64,000 nucleotides of DNA. Source: Takakia lepidozioides. Lineage: Eukaryota > Plantae > Bryophyta. Position 1 is the stretch's first letter. Each line of letters begins with the position of its first letter. The position numbers and the translations under genes are program-made. Under the pieces are notes generated by a model that was given only the letters and a program-made list of their open reading frames with translations, had not been told where the DNA came from and did not search any database. Below are positions 62,240-64,000 of the stretch, one piece after another. Where the stretch lies: positions 58,900,001 to 58,964,000 of the forward strand of contig CM060734.1 in the NCBI GenBank assembly GCA_030704615.1, written 5' to 3'.

Positions 62240-64000
62240 GGCCTCTTCCATTGACTCTTATTGGCTGTTGGGTCCAACTGATAGGCCCAGTGTAGATTAG
62301 GACTGGCCAAGGTAGGTTATAGGATGGGTATTGGTATTTCCAATGTTGAGATACCTGGTCCTAGGCATGGGTATGGCAAAAACTCAAATGATATACTAGG
62401 GCAGCATGTACAATGGTATGGTATACCCCAACATTCATCATACTCCATTCAAAGTTGAAAACAAAAGCCAGTTGAGGGCAACATACAAAAGGTAAAAAAA
62501 GAAAAATTGCAATCACAAAGCCGATATGCTCAATCTTTTGCGGCTCCCCACATCAAAGATCCAGCCGAAAAAATGAAACCCCTCCCATAGCAAACACAAC
62601 ATGGCGCACCCTAACGCCATAACTGCTACCCCTCCCATCTCGAAACACTCCCCCCCAAGTACTGTTCGCAATCGCAGTATTGCTCTGCAAGCTACTATGA
62701 CTGGTATGGTATCAGTTTGGGTATACATGCCCGACTGGCACATACATGTACAACACTGGTTAGAACCTATTTTAGTGGGCTCTGCATTCGCAAGGCCCCA
62801 AAAAACCATACATGTATTAATCAATAGAACAGCTCGCAGAGATGAAACAATCAAGCCCCCCAGGGATAAAACTGCAAGTTCGTGTTCAGAATAGTTGATG
62901 GTTCTTATGCGCTAAAGGAGTGAGCGGTGACTGAAGCATTGTAGATGATGAGAAAGAAGGGTAGTTAGAGACCAACCGAGGTGTAGACCAAGAGAACACA
63001 ACGTGGAGATGTAGAGCAGTAAGTATCGTGGATTGTGTGAGAGAATTAGCAGCGGAATTGGTCACTTAGCCACTGAGTGAATCTGATCATAGGTTGCGTC
63101 ATGTATTATAAAGCAATGAGAGAAGTGGAAACAGTAGATTTGTACAGGATGTGTCACCTGTCTTTGCATAGTCATTGCATAGCGTGAACGCTGTAAGTTG
63201 TGAGCAAGGTTCAGACAGATCTCAGAGTACTGACTATGTAGAAATAGCTCAGAAATGACGGCCTTGAGAGTGCATGACAGATTAGTTTCGAACATGATTG
63301 AAATCAACCACTAAGGTATAATGAGCTCGAGCATCTAGACAGCATTGGCGAACTATGAATCATCACTGTGGGCAGAGATTGGTAGCATATAGAGTCGGGA
63401 GGACTGCCTGCAGTGAAATCTAGGGAAGCGTTGATCAGATTAACACCGTTGAACATGGTGTAGCGATGGCAGAGTGCAGGTGCTTCGACGCATGGCCTAC
63501 ACGGGATGGTATCTCGCGCAATCATGCACAAATGAACAGGGAGTCACTTAGGGGATGAAGCATGTGTTAACTGAGAGTCGGGTGTGGTCGCCCATGTCGT
63601 TTTCTCTTTCGCTGCAGCGGCATGATGCGGTCGCACTGGACTGACAGGGTGAGTGGCCCTGTTTAGTTCTCGTGGTGGGAAGAGTAGAGCCCCCCAATTT
63701 TACCTTATAAGATCAACGTCGAGAACTCTGGGGATTTTCACTAGCCTTCCATCCAAAACACTATAGGGTGAGTTGGCCTATAACCGAACAGGCGTCTATG
63801 ACCAATCCTCTATGACTCAACAGTACAGAAATGCACTCAACAGTGCATCATGGTCAATACTCTCAGGAAATGGTCTGAATAGCTACACAGATCAATGAAT
63901 GAAGCAAGACACTCGCATCTTTTCAAGAAAACATCCTTTCACCAGTAATCCCCACAAGAACAAATCCCATCTTCAAAGTGGTGAAAGCGGTTAGCGTCCC
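62240..64000 (-). repeat. Inverted copy of the 3' end and downstream flank of the plus-strand PPR-DYW gene (~30254-32550)
   Basis: Reverse-complement match by eye (e.g. 62260-62400 to 32270-32410; 63786-64000 to 30254-30468), with indels. Confidence 0.92.
63939..64000 (-). CDS. 3' end of a third PPR-DYW gene copy (continues beyond the window)
   Basis: Encodes DANRFHHFEDGICSCGDYW*, matching 30254-30315 with the terminal Trp intact. Confidence 0.9.
   Translation of the reverse strand, partial: DANRFHHFEDGICSCGDYW

Overview
Eukaryotic nuclear DNA from a land plant, probably an early-diverging lineage (bryophyte or lycophyte; inferred from PPR and retrotransposon types). The window is TE-rich and has two host-gene stories. 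(1) 1303-5754 (-): an apparently intact 8-exon gene that the ORF track splits into pieces. It encodes a 421-aa protein with an N-terminal signal peptide, belongs to the vanadium-haloperoxidase/PAP2 superfamily (WRP, TPPHPEYPSTH and SRIYGGVHF motifs), and has a non-canonical active site. (2) An alternating inverted array of PLS-DYW RNA-editing PPR genes: a pseudogene at 19753-23894 (-), an open copy at 27694-30315 (+), and the 3' end of a third copy at 63939-64000 (-). The two copies whose 5' ends lie in the window carry intron-split N-terminal repeats of the OSB-type 'PDF' ssDNA-binding motif. They differ by exactly five near-identical 303-bp PLS triplets, whose substitutions include the RNA-recognition positions. 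The rest comprises a chromovirus nested in a copy of its own family (TSD GCGAC, self-priming-type PBS), a large Ty3/gypsy element with a captured antisense PIF fragment and long extra ORFs, a solo LTR with TSD and a visible empty site, LINE fragments, CACTA-like ends, and a Ulp1-protease-carrying element saturated with CAGACT motifs. All gene models were built by eye and no database searches were run.
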